Below, in pieces: positions 25,154 to 37,800 of a stretch of DNA of 64,000 bases. The notes under the pieces are model-generated. The model ran no database searches. It was not told the origin of the DNA and saw nothing but the letters and a program-made list of their open reading frames with translations. The position numbers were made by a program, and so were the translations under genes. The first letter of the stretch is position 1. Each line of letters begins with the position of its first letter. This DNA is from Oikopleura dioica (Eukaryota > Animalia > Chordata), in NCBI GenBank assembly GCA_907165135.1, contig OU015569.1, positions 10,354,001-10,418,000 on the forward strand, in the 5' to 3' direction.

Positions 25154-27346
25154 TCATGTAAGAGAAACACCAGTAACTTCTTGGCAGAGTCCGTCACCAT
25201 GCGATCGTTCACTGAGGAATCGAGACATTCCTTTGACTCTAAAGAAAAAGGGATTTACTTAACTAGTAGAGTGGAAGCGCCCTTACCTTGAGAAATATTG
25301 TCTTGCTTGGAGATGCTTTCTGTGAACCTTCTGGAACATAATGGGACCGTAACCGTCCTCGGGGCTGGCCAGACTCGCGTGCGCTTCTTCTTCTCTTTTG
25401 GTGATAAGGAAGCAATTCCACGGGCTCCAGTTTTCAGATTTTTTCCACTTGCAGAGGGTGAGATCTTCCTGCGTGTGCGAAAGGGCCGACTTCATCGACC
25501 AAATATTCAAAACGAGATGTCGAATGTCGCCTTCAGCCATTACATAAACAAGCTAGAAAGAAAGAATCACGTGTTATATAATCGCGCCGCAATAGCAAAA
25601 GGTGCTCTTACATCTGAGTCTGGATACTTCTTCTTGAGTTCTTTCATCACTTGCTTGATGTCGATAATATCAGGATGAGGATTTGGATTGACTTTTCCGC
25701 GGTGCGCAGCGGTGAGCTCGAAGTTAGGCGGAGCAGCGTAAGGCCAAATTGCAAGAGGCCAGTGTGACAAGTAATTCGACGATGAGCCCATTTTGACGAC
25801 CTTGCTTCTGAGTGCCTCTGCGTCCTGAAAGAGAAAGAAGTGGTTAGAGAAGACGAGAGGAGGTCTACGTACCTGAGGAACAGTGAGATGGCGGGCCGCT
25901 TCTGGATTGAACTTAGGATCTCGACAGAATTGCAAGTAAAGATGGAGAATACGCGCGCGTAGTCCATTGAGCAGCGACGAGTTGACGCCGCGTACAAGCA
26001 TTTCGGCCTCGCGCTCGGCCAAGCCAATCAGTTCTTTAGTGAGTTTACAGTCGGGCACGCCGGCAACAATGTTCTTAAGGGTGAGCAGCATGTCGATGCG
26101 CTCTTCACGATTGAGGCCTTCCATTTTCAGTGCGTTGTAGAGATCTCGAAGCTCCTTGGCGCGGAGCGTGTAGCCCGTTTCCATTTCAAACTGGCCGGGT
26201 TCTCCGGTCCAATTCACCATTGAAATCCACTTGCCGTCCTTGGCCTTCCATTTTCGTGGGGCAGCACAGGCGTTCAAGAACTTGGCAATTTTCAGGTCTT
26301 AATAACAGGGCTAGAAGTGGATCGATTCGTGCAATTAACCTTTAGTTTCTTGATTGGCTCGGATTTTATGTCGGCCAATGGCGGCAACAAGTTGTGCAAC
26401 TTGCTCTTCGAGAGTCGCCAAAGCAGCCTTTTGTTCCGCCAGGGTTTCGGAGTTCGCCCGGATAAGGGCTACCTGCTCATTTCGCCAGCTCGTAAGCGCC
26501 GCCCAAACCAAGTCGAAGTCTTTTTTAGAACGCGGGTTCAATCTCCCTTCCAGATTCTTCTGGCGCCGTTTTCTACGTTCTTCTTCGATGCGCTCCTTTT
26601 CTTCTTCGAGCCAGTTCTCATACTAAGCAACTAAGATTAAGAACTTGATTCAATGAAAAAGGCCTTACCGCTTCTCGATCTTCTTTCAACTGCGCAGTAA
26701 TGATTTTAGCAAGATACCGCCTGAAGTATTTCTGAATAACAACCGCCGCATCGTTCCGTCTTTTTGCTATCGTATCTGCAAGAGTGTATTCACCAGGCGT
26801 GATGATGATGTCGTCACGGGTTGAGACATAATGGCCAGGCTAAAAAAAAACATAATTTTCCGCCGCTAAAAGGCGTTTTTTACCTTGGTCATCTGAGTTG
26901 AAGCATCCTGCGAAGTTTGGAAAGTGACATTTTTGTACTCGTATGTTTGAGTATCACGATTGTTTCGCTCGCAGGTGATCTTCTTGATGGCTCGATTGGT
27001 TTGCGTTTCGGCATTGTGAAACTCTGATTTTTTTTAAATACAAAGATGAGATCATTATCATTTACCGTTGTGGTTGAGTTTGTGCCTCCAGCCACCAAGC
27101 CATTGTTTTTTGCCTGTGTAGGGATCGATCTCCACTTTAGTGGGAATATAATCTGGCGTTTCGTTAGTCTCCTCCTTGATTTCAATTGGAGTTATGGGGA
27201 AAGAGATATGTAGTTAATTCAACCTGAGGAGTTATTGGCGTATTATTTACAGGATCTTCGTATTGGACTGGGCTTGGATCGTCAGGCAGCGGATGGACCG
27301 CGCCATTCTCATCCCAATCTTGCGTTCCCTCCAACGGGTGCTCCAT
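25154..27346 (-). CDS. IQUB: IQ and ubiquitin-like domain-containing protein (ciliary radial spoke)
   Basis: KQWLGGWRHK...FHNAETQT, NPRSKKDFDLVW, RAKELRDLY, FNPEAARHL, WSPWNCFLITK. Confidence 0.88.
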
Positions 27347-27517
27347 CTTAATGAAAAAGAGGATTTTAGATAAAAACTTTTCCGGGTTGATAGTTCTAGA
27401 GATGGTGTATTTAGATTTTTTGTATAAAATTAAATCCCAGGCTTTAAGATATATAAATAAAAAAATACAGAAAAAATACAGAGAAAATTTTTCAATGGAA
27501 AACTAGTAAGAAGAAGG

Positions 27518-28763
27518 TTAGACAATCATTTCCAAGTCGCAGGCATATTCGAGCATTTTTTCTGTAACTTCCTTCGAAGGGATGCCTTCCTTGACTTCTT
27601 CACGTGGGAATACGATAACGTTCTCGTCGTAGTCCCATTTGTGCTTCGAGCAGATCTCCTACAAATTAAGATTGTCGGAAAAAGGCGAAAAAAATGAACC
27701 TTGAGTTGTTCTGGAGTTTGGAGGCTCATCAGGCGATGAATTTCGCTGGTCTTCATTTCTTTGTAAGCAGATTCAATATTTGCAGCGATTTCGTCACGAA
27801 CAGTTTCTCGTATGAGCTCCATGAAGTAGCGATAGTCCGAAACGGGGAGCATAAAACTGCGATCAAGTATCTACGCGTTTTAGAACTTCATTCGAAAATT
27901 ATCCTCCTACCCGGTTATATCGCCCTTCCATCAAGCATCGTTCAATTTTTAGCGGCTGCGTGATAAATGGGCTTTTCTCCATCTCTTCGAAAGTGAACCG
28001 CTCAACTTCTGTATGAAACTCGGCGAATTTTTCTCTGCCAAAAGGCTGAAATTTTCCAGCATAAGGTTCATGGAATAGAAAATTGTTCAAGTTACCTCAT
28101 GAGATTTAGTCCAAGAATTTTGACTCGATCATAGGACTTTGGAAGGACTTCTCTGAAGTCAAAGTGATAGGGCTTGAGCTGGGCGATGTATCTATGAAAA
28201 GCTGGAATGTCACGAATTTCGAGGGAGTATAACGCGCCAATTTCGAGCATCTGTCGCGCGACCCGGAGTTCCTAAAAGATGTTGAGCTTTTAGACTTCAG
28301 CTAATTATCTTCAATAAAAGAACAGAAGAGCATGCTGGTCGATAAGTGGGTAATTGAATGATAAATGTATGACGATTGGTTTATCTTAGAACCTGTCACC
28401 TACCCTGTTCTTATGATATTTATCATATTTAAATTTCGGTTTATTACTCTTTGGCTCTTCTTCCGGAATGTCCATCTTCTCATCCTCGGCCTCACAGCCA
28501 TTGTCCTTCAAAGGAAGGAAATTCATGCCCGTGATGTGAATTTTGAGTTTGGCGAGGGTTTCACCAGCTGCCTCGAGATTTCGATTTTTAATTGAGAACT
28601 CTGTGAGCAGCTGATTGATAAGTTCCATTGCCTTTCGATACTTTTCTTCGGCCGGATCAAGTGGCTTCAAAATCTTACTTCTCGGCGGTCGTCTCGCCTT
28701 CATTTCTTCCGACATTTCAGGCAACTTTCTGCGTGCTTTTTCCTTTGATTTATCGTCTGCCAT
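27518..28763 (-). CDS. PSMD8: 26S proteasome lid subunit Rpn12
   Basis: ARQMLEIGA...RYIAQLKPYHFD, ILGLNLM, AEFHTEVE, LMEGRYNR, ETVRDEIA, EYARDLEMIV*. Confidence 0.93.
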
Positions 28764-28976
28764 TCTGTAAAATGTTAACGTTTCACTTTTTAGGTAGAAC
28801 GACGCGAAGTTTATGACTTTGAAGAGAAGTTGGTTAGTGAATAACCAGTAAAATAAATAAATAATAAATAAAAAATATACAGAAACGAGGAACAGTTATT
28901 TCGTAAGGAAAAAAGTGGCTCTTTCTTGCTAGTAATCTTCTTGATAGATGAATAGTATTAAACACATCGTCGTGGT

Positions 28977-31476
28977 TTACATCTTTGCAGCTTTGTCGAC
29001 TACAGTTTTGAGTGTCTCCCAGACCTCGTTCGCTGTCTGGGTAAATACAGTGGGATCAACGCCGTTTGCTGGGAAGGCAGAAGCAGTCACTCCGATCCAG
29101 TTCTAAAAGGAAGTGATTCTAGAGAAGGGCGGCTATTTCTCACGTCATAAACCATGTAGCCGAGCGCGTATCCATCGGGAACCACTGGTCCAAATCCTCC
29201 AAGCTTGACGTGTGGCGAGTTGAGAGTGGATGTAGACATGCGGAAGTAGTTCATTACTTCAAAGGTCTTGTCCAGCACGAATTTCGGCTGAAATAAATGA
29301 TAAAAACAGAGATTAATTCAGATATTTACTTGTTCAGCACCCTTGACGGTTGCTTGGTATCGGATTCCAAAGAGATGTCGATCGAATCCTTCGCCAGAGA
29401 GACAGTCTTTAGTCATTACATTGTGGACCTTGATTGCCTTTCTCAAAAGCCTGTCGATTTCACGGCAATCTTCTACATTGTTAAAGTCGGCGTTGACGTA
29501 GAACTTGGCGAGTTCGACTGCTTCATGAGTGCAAGGACGAATAGTTTCAGTTCGCCCGTGCTGGAAGGCGCAAGTTGATGCGGACTCGTACGTTGCGCAT
29601 TGATAGCCTTAGAATAATACGATGCTTAAAGGAGAGTCAGGGAGGCTTACCGTGCAAAAGTCGATGCGCGATTTGAAGGGATAGCTGAAGGAAGCCATCT
29701 GCGCCCAAGTTGCGCGAGTTCATCCAAGTTCTGTTGACTTCGAAGTTCTGGCCAAAAGAAACTTCAAGCCCGTTGATTTGCTCGTTGTGATAGTTGATGG
29801 CACTTTTGATTTCGGATTTTAGGTTGTCAGATAGGACGAACTTGACTTCCGTGGGCGCGTCGGTAGAGATAGGTGAGCTCATTCCTTTGATGTCCGGGTT
29901 GAGGGTGCAGTCCGATTGGATGTGTTCCTGAACTAGAAAAAAGATAAAACTGCATGCAGAGAAGAAAACAGTACCTTTGTTGAAGTAGCTCAATACGCAC
30001 GCTCCATCGCCCCAAGCGTGCTCAAAATTGAGGCCTGAGGTTCCATCAGGTTTCACGATGATGGAGAAGCTTTTATCCACCCATCGATTTTCCGCTGGGC
30101 CCCAGAGCATGGTCGAAAGAACACCAGTAGTGTCAGTTGCTAAAAGACAAAATAAGCAAGTTTTATGCTTTATTCTTTCCGCGTAAATGATGAAATAATG
30201 GCGATAACTGGCTCACCACAAAAAGTTTCGTTTTTAACGTCAAGTCTTACTATAGAAGGAGCAAATGTATGTGATCACAATTTTAGTTTTACTTACTGTC
30301 ATCCTCATCCAAATTCAGAAGGAACATAGCATCGTCAATCAAACTCAGCGCGAATTCGTTTCCTAGTTCGACCAGCTCTTGTCTATTCGCAGTCCATTTA
30401 TCTCGATCAGTGTTTGCCAAGGCAGATACAGCGAATTCCGTCTTGCCTTTTTTCTCGGCATCGTCGATAATCTTCTCAATGTCGGTGTAGATGTCCTCGA
30501 CGGATCGAGCATTTCTGTCACCGTTCGGGCCTTTGTTGAGTACGTCTAGAAGGTAGAAGCGGCCACGGGTGAGGACGATAACGTGGTTCGCCTTTTCGTC
30601 AGCTTTTCTTATCACATCTTTTTCCGCTGTTGGAATACGCGTCGAGTAGAACAAGTTTTCGATCTGAGACATGTCCAGTGGGAAGCTTCCGTTGGCAGCG
30701 TAGGGCAAGTATCGAATCGATTGATTGTCGATGCCCTTGGAAGCGATGGAGATGCGCATCTTTGGTAGAAGCTTGGTGAGTCGCGCAACATTGTCGCTTG
30801 GAGGGTCTTTCATGTTGAAAACCTCTGGCGGCAGGTGACCATCGGCGAGGGTGAGATAGTACTTTGCCGAGGCCCAGCAGTACATTGCCGCGCGGGATTT
30901 CTGATTGTTCAGTTTTGGATTCGGGTGATCGTTCCAGACAAGCAAAGGGTTGTAGTTTACCGGCAGCGAGCGACGGTCGGACAAGTACATGTCGCTCCAC
31001 GGAGCCCAGAGATGCGAGCTCTCGGGATGCGCCTTGTCTCTAGCTCGCAGCTCAGCGTCGAGCACAGGCCCATCGTTCTCCACGAATTCTGAAAGATTCG
31101 GAATTAAAATTTTAGAGTACTCTAGCAAATCATTACCATTCAAATAACTTCTAACTCGTTGAATATCTTCTTTCGTTATTTCTGGGTGTCCTTCGAGCGC
31201 TTCTAGAGAGGTGATATATTTGTGCAGGGATTGATTCAAGGAAGGAATAGGCAGCCGCGGTAACGCACCCTAAAATCCGCTAGAAAACATGGACGTTTTT
31301 GTGACAGTTTACTTGGAAATGAAATGTTGGCAAAATCGTCCGGGCAAGATGGTCTCTTGGGTGAAATGCTTTGAGGTAGCTTAAGAAGTAGTTTGTTACT
31401 TTTTGAAATTGAAGCGTTTTTTGTACCTCAAGGTAGCATGGAGCTGGCGTCTTGATAGAGGTCTGATTCGATTCAT
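28977..31476 (-). CDS. CPT2: Carnitine O-palmitoyltransferase 2
   Basis: PTFHFQGALPRLPIP, DMYLSDRRSLPVNYNP, FPLDMSQ, NRWVDKSF, FEHAWGDG, GFDRHL, GGFGPVVPDGYALGY. Confidence 0.93.
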
Positions 31477-31627
31477 AAAATTGACGATTTCAATCTAGAG
31501 AGAAATTCGCTTTAGTAAATTCTGATAAGTTTCTAGGTCAGGATGAGTGAGAGCAGCTTGAGTAATAAAAATACAAGAGGACGCGCACCCAGATTATAAA
31601 ATCCACAAGATCGAAGGTCGTTTACAT

Positions 31628-31699
31628 GACTCCTTGGCGCAACGGTAGCGCGTCTGACTCCAGATCAGAAGGTTGCGTGTTCGAATCACGTAGGGGTCA
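31628..31699 (+). tRNA. tRNA-Trp (anticodon CCA)
   Basis: 72-nt cloverleaf GACTCCTTGGCGCAACGGTAGCGCGTCTGACTCCAGATCAGAAGGTTGCGTGTTCGAATCACGTAGGGGTCA with A/B boxes and a downstream T-run terminator. Confidence 0.97.
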
Positions 31700-31928
31700 A
31701 ATCCTTTTTATATTTTTTTGTTTATTTTTGCTAATTGTAAAATTCACTGAAGATTTCATAGGTTTTTCCATTGATGAGTAATTGTAGTAACAGTGAAGAG
31801 AGGTTGAAGAAGTCTCAGGGAACGATTCTTTTGGCAGCGTTAAGTTTGGTTCAAGTCTTCCTTGAAAATCGGTCTGTTTTCATAATTGCGTTAATTTTCA
31901 TCCTAATAATCTCTTCGCGGCTTTTCTA

Positions 31929-34608
31929 CTAGAGCGTCCAGGAAGGTTTTTGACGCGTGTTGGCACCGGCACGTGACGAGATGCGGCTCCGCAGGTAGCC
32001 GCGGCTATCTGTCGAAGTTTTGCGGCTTAAAAGGGCTCGTTGTCGGGTAATAGAATCGTTGTTTTACCTTTTGGCCTTTTTCTCCTTTGACTTTTTGAGT
32101 TTGAGAGCAGCGTCACTATTGCTTCTTGGTTTCACTAGAAAAGAGAGGCTACAAAGGACACCAATAAATATGATTTCTAACCTTTGTAGATCCTGACCAA
32201 CCAGTTTTCGGTTGTGTAGGCTTCCTCTAAGTGCTTCAACTGAAAATATCCAGATAAGTTATTCATGAAAACGAAAATGTAACTAACTTTTATATTCTTG
32301 ACGCCGATTTCCGTATTCCTAGTCCGGTCAAAACCCTGCGGTCCATTCATATCTCCATGATCGAATTCCCCAAACCTGTATTATAAACGGATTATTTTCT
32401 AGTAAAATAAGCATTCGGTACCTGTAGAAGCTTGTTTTGTACATGACACTGTCTGTGAATGTTTTTGGCGCGCTCGCATCGACTTTGTATTCTCCCTGAA
32501 TCCGTCGGATAGTTCAATCATCTTTGATCATGAAGTTACCTGTGGAGTGAAATAGTTGGACTCCTTGATTTCATCTGGATGCTCTCCTTCAGCGATTCTG
32601 ACCATCCAGAGGAACTTGTTGATGTCATCGCCCGAGTAGCCGATGACACCACCGAAGATGACGAGAACGTAGTCAACATTGAGCTCCTGCATTATTTCAT
32701 AAGCTTTATCTTCATCACTAGCCATTGCTTTGCCCACCATGGCGATGTGCGTGTTGTTCCAAGTATTGTTATCAACGAGGGTAGATCGATCGGCCATACC
32801 GGCGATTTGATAGCCGTAGTCCCACCAGGACATGACTCGGGACTCGTCGGGGGTGTTCGTTCGGAGCCAGTAGTATGCTTCGCGAAAGTCGTCAAGAATG
32901 TTTCGTGTTCCATCGCGGTTGTGGGTGGAAAGAACGACGGAAGGTGAGGAGTAGGCGTTGGAGGTGACCCAGGTGCAGTGAGTGCCGAACATGAACAAAA
33001 TCATCACGAGCAGAATGCAAATAATCGAACGCAGTTGATTGGCCACAGCGATTTCTTCTTCGGTTGGAGCTGGTGCGGATTCATCCTCTTCACTCTCGGC
33101 AGGAGGCGGCTTCGAGGAAATGAAACGGTTGAACAACTCGCTAAACACGATCGCGGAAAGAATACAGACGATAGGAGTAAGGGTGAGCATGAGGCGGACC
33201 ATGACGCCAGCGAAATAGGCAGAAAACACGCCGTAAATGATGAGGAAGACGCGGGAGTCGTCGTATTGCTGGACACAGAGCCACAGTCCAGCGGGGAAAA
33301 CGGCGACAAGAATGTGTAAGTCAAAGAAGAAGGAAGTCCAAGTTGTGGGCTGATGTTCGGACACGGAAGAAATGATAGGAATATGAATGCGAGCGTAACC
33401 AGTGTCCCAAAGCGAGTAAAAACGACCACTCCAGGGGGCGACGATCCCCGAGGCCGTCAAGAAGATGATAGCGGCGAGACCAAGAGCGAATACGAGAAGA
33501 CTGAATATCCAAAAAAGCCGCTTCATTTTTTGCTCGCCTAGGCGATGTTTCAGGAAACCGAAAAAAGCGATGACTTGTACGAAGCCGAAAACCCCGAAAG
33601 AAGCCATGTGCTCACTTGTGCGAATCGGCTGGAATCCAACAAAGGGAATGTTCATTGCACACAGTTGCCCGATCGTGTAAAATGTCGTGTACGCTGTGTA
33701 ATGTCGAAGTGAAAAGCGACCGATGAGGATCAGGACGAACACGTGGAGTGGGATGATGTTGATTATGTACACGTATCCACCCCAAGCAGATACCATGTAG
33801 AAATACGACAAAGCGCAGAAAGTAGCCCACTAAAAATTAAAGTGAAGAAATTGAGTTGGCAATTCATAAGAGACATACCATTATAGAACCACTTTTCATC
33901 GCCTTGATCCACAAGAAATAGGTAAACTGGAGAGCGAAAATAGCGATTCCTTCATTGTCGTAAGAGCCAGCCACTGATCTTGAGATGTATCCTTATGTAA
34001 AAAAAGTTTAAAATGGATAGATAATCTTTGTCTTACCTGGTGCAATAGAGATAAAAGCAGCAGCAAATAAGCCTGCTCCATCGGACCAGAGCTCCTTGAA
34101 AAAGATTTAGGGGGTGTTTCAAAGAGCATGTTACCTTAGTCAAAAGATAGGTTGAAAGAGCTGTTAGCCCAGAAAACAGGGGAGCGGTAAAGACGCAAAC
34201 ATCCTTTATAAGTACAGAAAAGCCGAGAAAATTGGAGATCGAATGGATGATCCCTGCTGTCAACATGAGGCCAGGATAAACAGTGCCGCCGACAATGCGG
34301 CCAAGCGGATACCATGCTCTTTCGTCGAACCAATTTAAAAACTCGTAGAATCCGTGTTCTGTCAAACGCTTTGTCGCACGGAAGTTGAACCAGGGATCGA
34401 ACTCGTGGATGATCGATTCAAAGCGGATCACAGCAAAAAGCCTGCGATTGACGGGATCATCATTTTTTATCAAAGGAGTTTCTTCTTACCTGGAACTGAA
34501 TCCGAGAATGCACACTGATGTTAGAATAACAATCGTTAGTAACGACTTGATTGCTTTGACGTTGCTTTGACATTTCAAGTCGACGATCGGTGTCACGGGA
34601 TCAGACAT
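31929..34608 (-). CDS. STT3B: Oligosaccharyltransferase catalytic subunit, STT3B type
   Basis: [56 protein letters not shown] (B-type). 3' end uncertain (stop at 32005 or 31929). Confidence 0.93.
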
Positions 34609-34848
34609 TTCAAAATCATGCAACGATTTCTTAAAAAACGATGTTCGCTACTTATCATTAGGATGGGAAAATACGCGACTTATCACAGCTACTGATAAAT
34701 TCAAAAATTGTTGATAGAACAATTACAAATTAATTTCACTTTTTTTAAACATCAACGTTTATTGGGTGTTTTTTTTCGGTATTCAATGGCAGTAAGTGAG
34801 GTGGCAAATAAAATTGAGCTAAATGGAAAGCAAGAAGAATTCTTGCTT

Positions 34849-37800
34849 TTAATTTTCTTGCAAGTTGTTCTCCGTCGTGGACGACACGGCTTCGGACAGA
34901 CCTAAACAATCATTTCAACGATTGGTTTTAAGAAAAAGTCTCGTACCAGGAACGGAGTGATCATTATCCGTGTTCTCCCCAAAGAAATGGAATCGTTGTC
35001 CGCTGGACTGGACGGCTTGAGGAGCAGGGGAAACAAGGGCCTGGTTTCCTTCGTGCTGAGATCTCGTACCAACAAGGGTGGGCGTATGTGGCACGCATCC
35101 GTCATCATCATCGTCATTTGTGACGTGGATGATGCCTAAAAAGAGTTGTGAAGAAGCATTTGAAGAGGAGTTTTTTACCAGGAGTAGTTGGGATTCGAGC
35201 AGGAATGGATCTTGGCCGAGAGAGACCAGTGATTCCCTCCAATGGTGGAGGCACCGAGCGAACTGGCGGATCCACCTCAACAGTTGTCGAGACAGTTGGA
35301 GCATCGTCGATTTCAATCGACTCGTTCGCCGCTGCTTGTTCATCCTGCTCGTCGTCAAGGATCTCGACAGGCTCATTATCGATGTCGTCGTTGTTATCTT
35401 CAGTCATGTCAATAACTTCCGGCGCTTCTTCGGCTGCGGGAACTGCGCTTTCGTCCTGACCTTCTTCGTCCAGCTAAATAACAGTTAACATAGTTCAGCT
35501 AGAAGGGGTTACTTACGTTTTCGTTGAGATCGTTTTCCTCGTCGATGGTGATGGGCTCTGCTGCCGGCTCGGCCTCTTCAAGATCATCAATAGGAATTGA
35601 TGTCGACGGCTCTTGGGAAGAAGAAGCATCTTGGGACTCCTGAGACTCTTGATTGATACGGAATCGCTTTGATTCGCCGTCTTCAGAGTCATTGGTGTCT
35701 GATCGACCGCGTTTTTGAGCGCGTGGTGGGGAGCTGATCATGTCCGATTGAGTGGGACCAGACTCGACTTGGATCGTCTGCGCTGGAGCAATCACAGTTG
35801 TCGAGCTTGATACAGCTTGGGACACAACTGGCTGTGTCACGACAGGCATTATTGGCTCGTCCGGTTGGCTGGAATCTGGAACCATGGTGACGGATGAAGA
35901 AATCGACGAAGCCTGAGGAACGAGATTCGAGGCGCTGTCCGCTTCGGCATTGACGACAGTAGAGTTGGAAGAAGGCATGGGTGAAATGATCGCCTGGGCA
36001 GTGGTGCTTTCCTGGACGTCTTCAACGCGAGTCGGAACGACATGTCCGATGACGCGGCCTTGGGGCTTCTTGGGCTCGCGCTGCTGCGGAGTCACTTCAG
36101 CGACGGATTTCGGCTCTGGATTAGATTTTCAGTAAAAAAGTTGTCTAAAGCATTGAACTCACCTGTGGCAACCTTAGGCTGAATGGCCGGTTGCTCTTTA
36201 GCTTCTGGAGTGATCTCTCGCTCCTTGGCTTTCTCTTCGTCCAGCTCCTTCTTCAGCGCAAGAATCTTGCGCTTCGCGTTTTGCATGAGGCGGTTTTTGT
36301 CCTCTTTCGCCTTGTTTAACTCTGCATCCATCTCTGCCTGTCGCTTCTTTTGGGCTTCGATATCGTCTCTTCGCGCATTCACTTCTTTCTCGAGCCGCTC
36401 GTTCAGGTTTTTGATTTTTCCCTGAAACATTTTTTTCATTATGTCCATTTCCGCCTTCGTGTCGCTCTGCATGCCGCCGAGGATGTTTTCGTCGCCTTCG
36501 GTTTGCGTATCTTTCGCGGTGCTGAAATACCATATAATTTTAAATAAACCTTTCTAAAATGTACCTTTCAGGCTTGTTGCTCGCTTTAGCCGCGTCTTCT
36601 TTGAGTTTTTTGTTCTCATCCCGATGCTTGACAGCGATCGTTCGAAGACGCTTGACCTTGTCCTCTGATTCCTTGAACTTAGCCTGGAGAGTCTCCAGCT
36701 CTGTTTTGCTCGACTAAGATGATGATTTTTATTTCGGAAAAGTAAAATTGGTAAATTACCGCGTTATCAGCCGAGCTCGCCTCAAGAGTTTTTTTGTCTT
36801 CTTCAAGCTTCGCGATCTGAGTCTTAAGCGCTGCGGTTTGACCCTGAAATAACCTCTGAAAAAGAGTTTCCTTTGAAGATAAATATAGTAACCTTGAATT
36901 CGAGAAGCTCGTTTTCCTTGCCCCGGAGCTCGGCATTCTTCGCATCGACAGTCTTTTTCCACTACGATTAGGTATCAATAAAAAGGTAATCATTTTTAGT
37001 GCTTACTGTATCAGACTCCAGTCGAATCTGCTTGACCTTTTCGATCGATATCTTGCCGTGGTTTGCCTTTTTGATCTCTTCCTGATGCGCTGTTTTGAGT
37101 TTTTGGACTTCCTCGGCGTGCGCTTTCTTTGCCTCAGTGAGCTCCTCATCTTTCTTGTCCATTGTCTGCTTTGCCTCGGCTTCAAGTCGGATGAGTGGGC
37201 GCAGTTGGTTCTCGAGCTCGGCGATTTTCTGCTCGTTGGACTTGATCTCCTCGAGTGCGCGGTTCTTTTCATCGCGAAGGACGCAGTTGGACTCTTTAAC
37301 AATGTTAAGTTGGTTAACAGAGTCGACGAGTTTTCGGTGCTGCTCTTCCGTCATCGATGGCTTTTTGGCCAAAGCCTCAAGGTCGGACAGATGACGTTTT
37401 AGCTCGGCGATCTGATCTTCCTGCATGCGAGTACGAGTCTGGAGTCGAATGACCTCGGTTTTGGCCATGTCTCGCTCGCCCTCGGCGATAGAAACATCTC
37501 GACGCATGATCTGTGAGAGTTCAAGAAGTCCAGAACTGTCTTCAGTGATGCTGATCTAAACAATGAAGATAAGTTGACGACTTCGGACTTGTGAACAAAC
37601 CTGGCTAGAATCGAGATTGGCAATTGAACCTCGTCGTCTTGAGTCAGTGACTTCTTTGTTTAAAGCTTCGAGCTGCTCATGAAGAATATTATTCTTTCGG
37701 CTCTGTTCCTCAATTCGAGTAGCGCCCTAAATCAATTGTCATCAAAGCACAAATATCGATAAAGATACCTCCTCAACGCGTTTCTGAAGCATTTCTTTCT

